Shown here: positions 1 through 12,941 of the stretch, piece by piece | Layout of the letters: each line of letters opens with the position of its first letter | How positions within the stretch are numbered: position 1 is the first letter of the stretch | DNA from: Paraspadella gotoi | Lineage: Eukaryota; Animalia; Chaetognatha | DNA: 64,000 nucleotides | Assembly (NCBI GenBank): GCA_051294375.1 | Contig: CM119264.1 | Location: 975,923-1,039,922 of the forward strand | Direction: 5' to 3' | The notes under the pieces: model-generated | What the model was told of the DNA's origin: nothing | The model's database searches: none | The model's input: the letters and a program-made list of their open reading frames with translations, nothing else | Made by a program: the position numbers and the translations under genes

Positions 1-252
1 AATTTCCAGGTGAAGTGAAGCGAAAAATTGCCTCCTACGAGCGAAAGAAATCCCAAAGTGGGACTTAAATATTTTTCTGTATGACATATCATTTATATTT
101 ACTTCTTTTGGTAATTGACTAATTTGGTATGCTTCATACAAATTTCCGTAGGGATCAATACTAGGCACAGTTGTATGCTTCGTGATTGCACATATTTTCC
201 GTCATTAAATGTGAGTTTGTCGCCTCAGGAAAAACGGTTTTTCACACTTCAT

Positions 253-387
<135 letters not shown>

Positions 388-615
388 ACTGGCGCCGGTA
401 AAACCTACTCCATGGGTACAGGGACAGACTCGGTCTTCGTCGACAGGGACGCCAACAGCGACGACGACGACGACGACGACGACGACAACGATGACGACGG
501 TATTCTTCCGCGCGCGTTGCGCCATCTTTTCGCAGGGATGGAAACTCGTCGGAAGGAGGCGAGAGACAAAAGAACAACCGCGCCGGAATTTAAACTTCAT
601 CTGCAATTTATAGAG
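388..615 (+). CDS. KIF21: KIF21-like kinesin motor exon (P-loop [12 protein letters not shown] ... FKLHLQFIE); gene start lies upstream of window
   Basis: (CT)n-CAG acceptor, GT donor at 616, 76 codons, phase 0-0; Walker A motif followed by [11 protein letters not shown] and APEFK as in KIF21; poly-Asp insertion. Confidence 0.93.
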
Positions 616-924
616 GTGACGTGATAAAGTGAAATATTTTGATAAAGTGACATATTGTGATAAAGTTGTATATTGTGATAAATTGATTTTGTATTGAAGT
701 GATAATGTGATTTTTGTACTGTTGTGATGCGGTAATAATGATGTGTCGTAATGTTGATAAGATTTAATGTTGTGATGATAAAATTTGATGATGGAACGGC
801 GTCATGTTGTGATGGAGTAATGTTGATACATGATGTAGTGATGATGAAATATTGTGATAATAAAATATAATATAATATTGTGATGTTGTAATAACAGGTT
901 GTATTGACCCACTTTTCACATCAG

Positions 925-1044
925 CTGTACAACGAAGAGATCGTCGATTTGCTGGAGAATCATCGAACGCAGCAGCAACAGCAGACGAAACAACAGCAAC
1001 AGCAGAAGCAACAGCAACACCAGGCGAAACAGCAAAATCATGAG
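925..1044 (+). CDS. KIF21: KIF21-like motor exon (LYNEEIVDLL + polyQ)
   Basis: CATCAG acceptor, GAG|GTAAAA donor, phase 0-0; kinesin ELYNE motif completed across the junction. Confidence 0.92.
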
Positions 1045-1081
1045 GTAAAAAAATTCGGAATGAGGTTAATTTTTTTAGTTA

Positions 1082-1640
1082 AGTTAGAAGATAGGGTTAG
1101 AGATTAGATTAGGGATAAGTTAGGGTAAGAGATTAGATTAGGGATAAGGATAGAGATTAGATTAGGAATAAGTTAGAGTTAGAGATTAGATTAGGGATAA
1201 GGTTAGAGATTAGATTAAGAATAAGTTAGAGTTAGAGATTAGATTAGGGATAAGGTTAGAGATTAGATTAGGGATAAGTTAGGGTTAAAGATTAGATTAT
1301 GGATAAGGTTAGAGATTAGATTAGGGATAAGTTAGGGTTAAAGATTAGATTAGGGATAAGGTTAGAGATTAGATTAAGAATAAGTTAGGGTTAAAGATTA
1401 GATTAGGGATAAGGTTAGAGATTAGATTAGGGATAAGTTAGGGTTAAAGATTAGATTAGGAATAAGTTAGCATAAGATATTAGATTAGGGATAAATTAGG
1501 GTTAGAGATTAGATTAAGGATAAGGTTAATGGTTAAGGTTAGGGACTTGGTTTGTGATTAGGGTTAGGGATTTGGGTTAGGGACTTTTATCTAAGGTTAG
1601 AGGTTAGGGTTAGGTTTTAGGATTAGGTTAAGATTTAGAA
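1082..1640. repeat. Telomere-like intronic minisatellite (GATTAGATTAGGGATAAG[G]TTAG.. units of ~23/28 bp)
   Basis: Direct tandem repetition. Confidence 0.85.
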
Positions 1641-1985
1641 TTATAATTAAGGATTAAAGTTATGCTTTAGTTTATAAGTTTAAAAACATATTTAGATTAA
1701 ATGGTTAAAAGGTTAAAATTAAATTCTTGAAAATGGGTGCACTCTGGGAAAAGAGAACCGGAAAATGTATTTACAAATTAATATATGAATTGATTAATCG
1801 AGGAATCACTTAAGTAGTGAAAGATGAATGAATGGAAAATTGAATTAAACGATAAATGAATGAATGGATGAATGAATGAATGTATGAATGAATGAATAAA
1901 AGAAGAAATCAAAGAAGGAAGGAATTTATACGTGAATGAAGTGTTTTTAAATTTAACTCACAACTCACAACGATTCGGTTCATAG

Positions 1986-2196
<211 letters not shown>

Positions 2197-2604
2197 TTTG
2201 TAATCTCCTAATTTTTGCAACAACTTTTCTTTTTAATTATTTTTTTTCTTTTTTATACTTACAGTCATTTAAATAAATATCATCTTTTCTTTTATTTATT
2301 TATAAATCGATTTCTTTTTGTAATAAATTTCATACAAAATATTTGATAAATTGATTTTAAAAAGTTCCTCCTGCCATTTGAATGGTTTAAATTAAATCTT
2401 AACCGATTGATATGAATTTGGTATTATGAAGATTCATTAAATAAATAATCTATCTTGGCCCTGACTTTGGACAGTCTTCGGTGGTTTAAAGCCTCAATCA
2501 CTCCTACAAGATAATTACATAGCAGGTCTCTGCAAGCTTTCATTCAAGACTCTCACAGTCTCGTTTATTCACTCCCAAAGTACCTGGCTTCCCTATCAAT
2601 GAAG

Positions 2605-2860
2605 AGGTTGTGGCGGTATATTCACACCGCCTCACGTCCACCATCCGTCAGCCAAATCCATTGGCTCAGAGGGGGAACACACCATCCCAGGCGTAGTGTT
2701 CCATCCACAGTCCTAACGACTTCCCTCTGCGTTGGCAAAGCGAGACCGTCCTAGGGTAACCGCGCCAGTGACTGGAGGCGTCACTGAGGGTCGGAAGCCC
2801 CCAAAGCCAACAGTGAGATGCCCCATCCCAATGGGCATCACAGGCAACCCGGCGGTTGCC
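2605..2860. mobile_element. GC-rich structured dispersed element; partial second copy at ~37738-37895 in opposite orientation
   Basis: Two copies; interrupts the SINE-like repeat relative to the 23350-23385 copy; many short inverted repeats. Confidence 0.65.
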
Positions 2861-3727
2861 ATAAGGTATTATATTTCAAAGAATGTTTCAATCGTATGAA
2901 AAGACTCCCTTAAGGGGAATACTATATTATACACAATATTATATACTATCCACACTTGCATACTTGCATACAAGGATTTGAATATCATGAAATTGGTAAA
3001 AAAAATATAAAATTATATACAAAAAGCATTTTGTGTTTTTCTCTTGAAAAAAACATAAAAAAAAACTAGGAAAGTATTAAAAGAAGGAAGACAGAGATAA
3101 TAGGAATGAACGAGGTGGGAAAATGGAAGAAAAAAATTAAAGGGAGAATTATGATGAGGAAATAAGTAAAATGTGGGAGGAGAAGAGGGAGATAGGAAAG
3201 GAGGAAGGGTGAAAGGAGAGAGAGAGAGAGAGATAGAGAGATAAAGAGGAAGGAAAATGAAAAGAGAGAGAGAGGGAAGGAGAGAGAGCGAGAGAAAGGA
3301 GAGAAAGAAGTAAAGAAAAAAAAAGAGAGAGAGAGGAAGAAAATGGAACGGAAAAATAGGGGAGAGATAGAAACTGAGAGTAAGAGAAGGAAAGAGAGAG
3401 TAAGAGAGAGAGAGTTAACTAGGGAGAGAGAGAGAGAGAGAGAGAGATTCTCTCCCAAATCGAATTATGCTTCCATTAACTTTCCTCTTCGCTTAGAGCG
3501 TGACACTTTCTTCGCGGAGAATAAGATGATCATCTCGCGTGGGCAGAGAGAGAGAGAGAGAAAAAGAGAGAGTGAGAGATTCACTGTCGGGCCGGTTCAC
3601 AAAAAAGACCTCACAGACGTGTCCTCGTCACGGACACCAAATTCTCGAGACAATGAAAGGAATAAAAAAAAAAAATTAAAAAAAAATCTTTACAAAAAAA
3701 ACTAAAAAGCAAAAGAGATAGATAGAT

Positions 3728-3762
<35 letters not shown>

Positions 3763-4174
3763 AAGAGTTCAAAGTCCGCAGACTGTCAAGGTTCGTCTCC
3801 CTTTCCTTCAGCCTTGCGAGTTAAAGGTTCAACTCTCTCTCTCGTCTCTCTCTCTCTCTCTCTCTCTCTCTCCGGTTCCGCAGAGACCAGACGAGGCAGA
3901 GAGAAAAACCGCAGGAGAAAAACTTTTGCCTTCAATAAAGTTTCAACTAAACCTTTGGCCTCATTTCTGTGCCATTTTCAATTTGTTTTTTTGGCCCTCT
4001 CTGTCTCTTTGTCTCTCTGTCTCTCTGTCTCTGTTTCTGGCTTTTTGTCACTCTGTCTCTGTCCTTTTGTCTCTCCGCTCTTTCTCTTGTCTCTCTGTCT
4101 CTATCTCTTTTTCTCTCTTTCTCTTTCTGTTTCATTTCTCATTCTCTTTTTTTCTCTCTTTCTTTTTCTCTTCC

Positions 4175-4229
<55 letters not shown>

Positions 4230-4484
4230 TTCTCTCTCTTTTCCTTCCCCCCCAAAAAGGAGTCAACATTCTCCTTTGTTCCCTCTTGACATTTGACTCG
4301 CAACAAAAAACCAAAAACGAACTCAGTTTAAACAAGAGAAACAACTTTTTTTCTGTTTTCATTTTTTCTTTCCATTTTATTTAGTTATTTACTTATCTAT
4401 ATATATATATTTTTTTCTATTTGTATCCCTAAACCGGCTCTTGTTTTTATCTTTTTCTAATTATTCGTTCATTTGTTTTCCCAG

Positions 4485-4613
4485 GCGCTGAGATGTCTCG
4501 ACTTGGGCGCCGCCACGCGGGCGACGGCCGCAACTTGTTTAAACAAAACGTCATCGCGAAGTCACGCCATCTTCACTTTGTTTCTGCAACAGCGCCGACC
4601 GGTGAAAAGGCAG
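4485..4613 (+). CDS. KIF21: KIF21-like motor exon with switch I (NKTSSRSHAIFT)
   Basis: CCCAG acceptor; ends at CAG|GCAAGT (GC donor) or at in-phase CCG|GTGAAA (exon end 4601); SSRSH motif. Confidence 0.92.
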
Positions 4614-5911
4614 GCAAGTCGGAATCACAACGACTTATCACAATCGCAACTAAAAGGAAAAACAAAGACACAAACAGTGATCAAAAATATCATGGAATAC
4701 TGATTTTAACCGAAAAACTATAAAATCGACGAAACCAATAAAATAATCATCGATTCATTTAATTAATTGGCTATCATTTAATTGGCTATCATTTAATAAA
4801 TTAGCAATCTTGCCCCTGACTTTGGACAAGGTTTCGTCACATTTACAAGCTATTAGCATTTACAAGCTATTAACGTAGGAATTGTAAAATTCACAGTCGA
4901 GTTCATTCATTCCCAGAAAAACTGGATCGCTTATCAAATAAGTGGTATAAAATTTTATTATTTCTCATATTTCATACGAGATTATAAATACAAATTTACC
5001 ATAATAATAATTTTGACATCGATCTATAAAAATCCCTGGGTCAAGGTCACAATGTCGGGTCAAAAGGACACAATGTCGGATCAAAAATTCGTGAGTCACA
5101 TGGAGACGTAGTGATAATGTCGACGCATTTTCTTATGACAATGACGACGATAATGACAAAAATGACAAAGCTGACATTGACGATAAAAGAAATGACAACG
5201 ACAAACTCCGACTGACAAATCGAGCTCGACTTTCGATTCAAATGAGATTCTCACGTCATCAAGAGGCGCAAAAAGAAATCCTCTCCCTCTCTCTGATCTC
5301 TCTCTCTCTCTCTCTCTCTAGCGCTCTTTCTCTCTGTGGTATTAGATCTTGATATATTATTATTTCAAAGGCGCAATTTTCCAAAAGCGTACCATTTTTG
5401 TTTTTAATCCTTAATTTTATTATTAATCTTAATATTATAACTTTAACAAAAGGCAGTTGAATGGGTTAGTATTGATAACGATGTCAATCCCGAATCTTTT
5501 TCAAAATATTTAATTTAATTCCTTATCCTTATCCTTAACCTAATCATTTATCAAATATTATTTAATCTTCTCTCTTAATCCTAAATATTGATCAATAACC
5601 TTAATCCTTTAATGAAACTCTAATTAAATCCACAACTTAATCTCTAACCAAAATCTATAACCTTTAATGAGGATAAATCATAAATGATAAGGTTAAAAAG
5701 TGAGATTATAGAAACCTATAAAAACTTAAAATAGTAGGTGACAATCTGATTTTTAAAAATTAGTTTCTTCACTAATAAACGGCTTAAAGAAAACTCCTAA
5801 TTCTTAATTCTTAATTCAAAATGAAATGGGTCTTCTTGAGAAAATGAGGCCGATTATATTATCACATTTTTCAATTGTTTTCCTCCAAAATCTTTCTCTT
5901 TTCCGAAACAG

Positions 5912-6103
5912 GCGAGCTCGGGCGGCTCCAGCGGGCAAACGCCGCCGCTGCAGCCGCAGCCGGCGACGCCGCCGCCGCAGCCGACGTTCGAGACGCTGAC
6001 GGCGAAACTGAACTTTGTGGATTTGGCGGGAAGCGAGCGCCTCAAGCGGACGGGATCGACAGGAGAGAGGGCGCGGGAGGGAATATCCATCAATTGCGGG
6101 CTG
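5912..6103 (+). CDS. KIF21: KIF21-like motor exon with switch II ([39 protein letters not shown])
   Basis: AACAG acceptor, CTG|GTGAGA donor, phase 0-0; DLAGSER and KIF21-type EGISINCGL. Confidence 0.95.
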
Positions 6104-6690
6104 GTGAGAAGAATGGGGGAAGCGGAGGGAGAGGGTGAGGAAGGGGGGAGAGAGGGAGAGAGAGAGGGAGAGAAAGAGAGAGAGAGAAGGAGAGAGAGAG
6201 AGAGGGATATTCGAGACGATCTCTCTATGGAAGCAATATGGTCCATGGTCACGTTTAAAGGGCTTTTCTATAAAGTGTGGTATGCTGCAATGCTGCAGTC
6301 TTCAGCCTGCAGAGAGAAGGACCCATAGATGATGATTTTGGAAGGGGGTCCAGCTAAGGTCAGATCAAGATGTCAAAATAGGGTTAAATTGTTAGTATTT
6401 GTTGCTTTGAGAATACATTGTTCTAACACAAAAGGCCTTGAAAAATAGTGCCCATTTTTGTTAATTATATTAAATGTTAACTTCTCCTTCGTAAAATTCT
6501 ATTGTTCAACTTCCCCCAAAAACTCCTTACCTTCCAAAAAATTTAACTCACCTTTTTTCCTCTTCTCTTCTCGCGGCGACAGAATCGCGTGAGTTCGGGT
6601 GATTTGTTGACAACTCGGAAAAAACAAGCAATTCACATGTAAACTGCTTGGCCAGGCACGAGCGAGAGCGAGAGGGGAAAACGGAGAGAG

Positions 6691-6732
<42 letters not shown>

Positions 6733-7580
6733 AGGAGAGAGAGAGAGAGAGAGAGAGAGAGAACATTTTCTTCTCGGTTATTATCTCAAGGAGGTAAAAC
6801 TCCGATTAAACATTTTCACGAATAATAAATTTCTTGATATTGAGGGAGAGAAATGTCGAATCTTAATCTCTCTCTCTCTCTCTCTCTTTCTTTCTCTCCT
6901 TGACTTTCCTACCCTTCTCATTTCCAATTTCTGTCTCCAACTTCTTTTTCTCTCTTTCCTTTCTTTCTCCTCCTGCTTCTTCTTCCTCCTCCTCCTCCTC
7001 CTCATCCTCATTAGGCAATCTCCCCCCCTCCTTTTCTCCTTCTTTTTCTCTCGCCTCATTTTCCAGAGGAAATTAGCGGCCCTTCGCTTTGACCTTTGTT
7101 TGACCTTTTTGACCTCTGGAAACTTGACCCCTTGACCTTTTGACTTTTTCACCCTTGGCGACACCTTTCGACCCTTAGATAGATATGGAAGGAGAGAAAG
7201 AGAGGGAGAGGGAGAGAGAGGGAGAGAGAGAAAGAGAGAGTAGAGAGAGAGAAAGAAGGAGAAGAGAAAGAGAGAGGAGAGAGAGAAAGTGATGAGCTAC
7301 TAAGCATAGATGGCGAGAGACGAAGAGAGAGAGAGAGAGAGACGGCAGTGAGATATCCAACGCCTGCATGTAAAGGGAGTTGTGCGCCGGCATAACGTTG
7401 ATGGTGATTAGCATTTCTCAAACCGTCGACGTCGACGTCGACGTCGTCGTCGTCGTCGTCATCGCTAATTTTCATTAAAAAAAGAATGTTAAATATTAAA
7501 TAAGTTAAATTCAAATTTAATTTAACTACATTTGGATGAATCTCTCAATACCTTACCCTTACTTGAGCCTCACCTTTCAG

Positions 7581-7676
7581 TTGGCGCTCGGCAACGTCAT
7601 CTCCGCCCTGAGCAAAACTCAATCGGCATCGACTCACGTTCCTTATCGTGACTCCAAACTCACTCGTTTGCTGCAG
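7581..7676 (+). CDS. KIF21: KIF21-like motor exon ([10 protein letters not shown]...[14 protein letters not shown])
   Basis: TTTCAG acceptor, CAG|GTAACA donor; microtubule-binding [10 protein letters not shown] motif. Confidence 0.95.
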
Positions 7677-8013
7677 GTAACAATTTTTATTCTTAATGTG
7701 TTAACTGTCAAATTTTGGAGCATTACAAATCTCTCTCTCTCTCTCTCTCTCTCCCTTTCAGTCACATCGTCCGTACGTCACTTTGTCGCTTAATCCGTCG
7801 TTTCATCTGTCCGCCGATAAATCAATCAATCAATTAATCAATCAGACTTTGAAACAGTAGAACAGTAGTCTGTCTGACGATCAATCAGTCGCTCTCGTTC
7901 CGTCTACCAATCAATCACTTCTTATGTCATGACGCTTTCTACGTCAGGCAATCAGTCATTTTTTCAGTCAAGCCAACGATCAGTCAATCCATAAGTCCGT
8001 CTGTCATTTTCAG

Positions 8014-8136
8014 GATTCGCTGGGCGGGAATTCACAAACTTTGCTCGTCGCCTGCGTGTCTCCATCGGACCGAGATTTCATGGAGACGCTGAACACTTTG
8101 AAGTACGCCGCCAGGGCGAAGAAGATAAAGAACAAG
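8014..8136 (+). CDS. KIF21: KIF21-like motor end exon ([41 protein letters not shown])
   Basis: TTTCAG acceptor, AAG|GTGTGG donor; [18 protein letters not shown] is characteristic of KIF21; not in ORF track. Confidence 0.95.
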
Positions 8137-9691
8137 GTGTGGGAAGAGGGATGAATAACGGGAGAAGGGATGGAGAACAAAAACAGGAGTAGGGATGAAG
8201 AACAAAGTGGGAATAAAGAGAAAAAGATCACGACGGGAGAGGGTGAAGAGAAGAGAAGGAGAGAAGAAGAAGAGAAGGAGAGAAGAAGAAGAAGAAGAGA
8301 GAAGAAGAAGAAGATAGAAGAAGAAGAAGAAAAGAGAAGAAGAGAAGAGAAGTGAAGAGAAGGACCAAGACAAAAGGAGAATAACAATAAGCAATTAGGC
8401 ACAAAATACTAAAATACTAAAATAAATAATACTAAAATAACAATTAGCAATAAACAAAATACTAAAATGAAATAACAGAAGATGATAACAGCGTCAACAA
8501 GAACAAAAAAATGAAATACAACATAAAACCTCAAAATGAAAAAAACTTTGCATTAGGTGGACGCGCGACATTTTTCGTAATCGAGACTAGGCCGCTCTGA
8601 CGCTCTCTTTTCCGAGAATGCCCCATTTCTGTTCATTTATCGCAAAATTTTATTTTAACTTTAATATTTACCATAAATATTATCTTAAATTCTGAACCCT
8701 AAACTATTATCTCTAATTTGTAACCTTAACCTTCAACCCTAACCCAAATTCATAAATAAATGCCTAACCACAAACCAAATCCCTAACCAGTAACCACAAA
8801 CCAAATACCTAACCTAAATCATTTGTAGAAAATGTTTATTATTTTCTTTGCCTCGAGGGTCGCGCGTTCGATTCCTCGGCCGTAGGTTGAAACTGCTTTA
8901 ACATGGAGCAAGGATTTAAAAATCTCAAATGTCGTAAATGTCGAATAAATGACGAATAAATCGTGAATAAGTTTATCATTGAAGAAAATAAATAAATAGC
9001 GAAATCAATGTCGTAGAATTCATTAATTAAATTCATTAAAAACTATGATCGAATAACAAGTGACGAGGTTTTCGGCCGAAAGAAAGTCACGAGAAAGCGA
9101 CTAGAACGGGAAAAAGGCTGGTCTGAAAAGGTCAACTCATTGACCTGGGAAAAATTACCGGACGCGAGGTCACAAAATCTTTCAAGTCTAATATTCCTCA
9201 AGCTCAGAGTGATGAAAAACCCTAACTTTTAACTTAATCTTTAACTAATCTCTACCATAAGCGCCAAAAGGCCAAAAGGCCAAAAGGCCAGATAGGTTCT
9301 TCCAACAAAATTTTAAAGAAACAAAAAAATAAAAGGAATTAAGTAGTTAAGGGTTGTTTTTTTTTTTACAGTGAAGCAGCGATTAAACAAAAGGTGGGCG
9401 AGTCGTACAGCGAAACACCGATTAAGCGAAGCCTTCGCCAAATGCGAATTTAATGTCGCTTCTGTCTTTTTTTCCCTAATCGCAAATGACCTTTTTTTCT
9501 TTTCTTTTCTTTTCTTTTCTTTTCTTTTCTTTTCTTTTCTTTTCTTTTCTTTTCTTTTCTTTTCTTTTCTTTTCTTTTCTTTTCTTTTCTTTTTTTTTTC
9601 TTCTTTTCTTTTTTTCTTTTTTTCTTTTTTTCTTTTTTTCTTTTTTTTTCTTTTTCTTTTTTTTCTTTTTAATTTTTATATTTTTTATTTC

Positions 9692-9722
<31 letters not shown>

Positions 9723-9779
9723 TAATAAATTTATGCCCCTGCGAGAATTAACAACTTTCCCCTCTCCCTTCTTCCCCCT

Positions 9780-9857
<78 letters not shown>

Positions 9858-9900
9858 CTTCTCTCTCTCTCCCCCCCACCTCTCCCCCAATCCCCTACAG

Positions 9901-10000
9901 ATTTCTGCCAACGTGTCTTCTGGCTGCGACGACGCGTCGGAGACGGCGGCGCTGCGGCAGAGAAGTTCGTCGCTTGAAGAAACTCGTGGAGGAAGCGGAG
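9901..10000 (+). CDS. KIF21: KIF21-like neck/coiled-coil exon (ISANVSSGCDDASETAALRQ...), probable 1-nt frameshift near 9961
   Basis: Long CT tract + CTACAG acceptor; GC-rich island; donor position uncertain (GT at 10001, 10013 or 10018). Confidence 0.7.
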
Positions 10001-10223
10001 GTGGAAGGGCGGGTTGGGTGGCGTGATGTGGGGCGGGCCCCTCCACTAATTTTTTTTATGCAGGATCCGGCCCCCCCTTGAAATCCAAGCTCATCCCAAC
10101 CCCCAATACAAATTAACTTAACAACTGAGCAAGAATAAGTTTCGGTTCATATCATGTTTGTATTTTGAGTTTTCCAAAACTAAAATTATCCCATTATTAA
10201 ATAAATTAAATTATCTTGTCCCT

Positions 10224-10675
10224 TGACTTAGGTAAGGCTATATTTTTGTATAATATTCGAGTAAATCAGTATATTTTTATATTAAAGAAACGAAAGGAAT
10301 ATTTTGGTTTTTCCTTGATTGCTCAGTTGCTGTATTGAAAAAGTTGAGTAATCATTATAAATGATATTAAATAAATTGATACATATATTTGACTGTGAGA
10401 AAACATTGATTGAATATATATATATAAAATAATAAATAATAAATAATAAATAAAAAATAAATCAGCTATTTTGCCCCTGACTATCAAGCTTTCAATCAAT
10501 ATTTTCTCACAGTCGACTATCAATTTAATTAATATCATTTAAAATGATTACTCAACTTTTTCAAAACAGCAACTGAGGCAGCAAGGAAAAACCAAAATAT
10601 TCCTTTCGTTTCTTTAATTAAAAAATATACTGATTTACTCGAATATTATACAATAATATAGCCTAACCTAAGTCA
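10224..10675. mobile_element. Foldback/MITE-like element with ~155-bp inverted arms
   Basis: 10224-~10381 is the reverse complement of ~10519-10675 (TGACTTAGG...CCTAAGTCA); no TSD seen. Confidence 0.75.
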
Positions 10676-12559
10676 TATATATATAAATTATTTAACAAAA
10701 AGCTAAAAAAAACAAAACAACTTAAGATTAGAATCTAGTCAGTTGTTTCTTTTTTTCTTTTGTCATTTTGTTTTTTTCCGCTCGAGATGAACTTCCCCTC
10801 TTTTCCGATCGTGCGTGAAAGAGTGGCACTTATTGGCAATCAGTGCCAGTCTTTTTTCCCTGGCCAACTGTACGACCCTGGCCGGCCGTACAAACATGAC
10901 TCGCCCGTTATCTGTCAGACTTGGTTCGTTTCTCCTTAAGATTTTGTCCGTGTTTTTTTAAAAACTTTTCAGTGTTGGTTCGGACTTGGTTGAACTTGTC
11001 TATGCTCGTTCGGACTTGCCCGTACTCCTCCAGACTTGTCCGTGCAACGTCTGAAGAATTACTCTCCAACTCGCGACGACAACAACGATTTTTTTTTATT
11101 TTCTCTTGATTTTAAACTTTTCCTTTTTTTTACCTTTTTTTCTTTCCTTTCTTTTCCTTTTCTCTTTTTTTCCGTTCCTCTCTTCTCCTCTTCTCTCCTT
11201 TTACTTTCCTTTCTTTTACTTTCCTCTTTTTTCCGTTCCTCTCTTCTCCTCCTTTTACTTTCCTTTCTTTTCATTTAATTTGTTATCCTTTTTCTTTTTT
11301 TTCCTTTCTTTTCATTTCCTTTTCTTTCCTCTCTTTTCTTTTTCTCCTCTTCCATCGGTTCCCCCTCACTCTAAAAAAAAATATCTTCTTAATTAAGATT
11401 ATAAACTCCGAGTTTCCCGCGCGCGAGATTCTTCCAACTAAAAAAAAAACTTTTTTTTAATATTTTATTATTTTTCGCCCGAAATCTCGTTATTTCCTTC
11501 ATACCTTCCTTTTTATTAGTTCCCTCCTATCTCTCTCACTCTCAGTCTTAAGGAATATTTTTTTTCACTCTCTCTCTTCTTTTTATCCTTTTTTCTTTCT
11601 TTCTTTTTTTTTTCTTATTTTTTTTCCTTTCCTCACTTTATTTTTTTTTCATTTTTTCCTTTTTTTTTCTTTTATCTCTTTTCTCCTTCCTTCCTCCTTT
11701 TTTTCTTTCTTTCCTTCTTAATCTCCCTTTCTCACTTTTATCTTTTTTTTCCTTTTTAATCTCCCTTTCTCCCTTTTTTATTTTCCCCTACCTATATTTC
11801 TATTCTCTTTCATTTATAATATTTTTCCTTCCTTTTTTTTAAACTTCCTTCCCTCGTCCTCTTCCTTTTTTTTTCTTTCCTCTCATTTACTTTTTTTTCT
11901 TTCCTTCCCTCTTTCCATCTTTCACTCCCCCCTCCTCTTCTCATGACCATTTTACACTTTGCCCGAAATCCCAAGACGAACGCCATTAACCAGATTGCTA
12001 ACTCGCAAACACGAGAAAAAAAAGGAGAAATAGTGGAGGGAAGGAAATGAAAGAGAGGAAAGGAAAGAGAGGGGAGGAAAGGAAAGAAAAAGGAAGAAAT
12101 AAAAGAAAAAATAAAGAAAAGGGAGGAAAGGAAAGGAGAGAAAGAGTGGAGGAAAGAAAAGGGAGGGAAGGAAAAGAAAGAGAAGGGAGGAAAGGAAAAA
12201 AAAGGGAAGAAAGAAAAGAAAAAAATAAAGAAAAGGGAGGAAAAGAAAGGAGAGAAAGAGTTGAGGAAAGAAAAGGGAGGGAAAGAAGAGAAAAAGAAGG
12301 GAGGAAAGGAAAGCAAAGGGAAGAAAGAAAAGAAAGGAAAGGAGAGGAAGAGTAGAGGAAAGAAGAGAGAGTGGAGGAAAGGAGGGGAATAGGGAGAGAA
12401 GGGGAGGAGAGGGAAGGAGATTGAGGAAAGAAGAGGGATAGAAGGAAAGGAGAGGAAAAGGAAGGAGAGAAGAAAGATGAGAGAGATAAATGGAGTGACA
12501 AGAGATGAGGGATGAGGTGGAAAAAGGAAAGAAAAGGAAAGAAAGAAAGAAAGAAAGAG

Positions 12560-12622
<63 letters not shown>

Positions 12623-12896
12623 AGGAACATTTTTTTTAAAAAAGGAGAGAAGAAATTTTGAATAGAGGGTTGAGGTGCAATTGAGATAAAGAAAAAAAGT
12701 TAGAGGGAAAAAAGAAAGTAAAAAAAAGGGGAAGATAAATGATAGAGAGAGAGATAGAGAGACAGAGGGAAAGGGAGAGAGAAAGAGAGAGCACGAAAAA
12801 AGAGCAAGAAGCAAAATAAGAAAAAAGATCGTGGGAAAGAGAAATGTAAGAGAACTGGTTGAGACAAAAAATGAAAAGAGAAAAAAGCCTAAGAGA

Positions 12897-12941
<45 letters not shown>

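Noticed and set aside
1082-1640. True telomere or chromosome fusion site
   Set aside because: Degenerate TTAGGG variants inside an intron, tied to a dispersed MITE family
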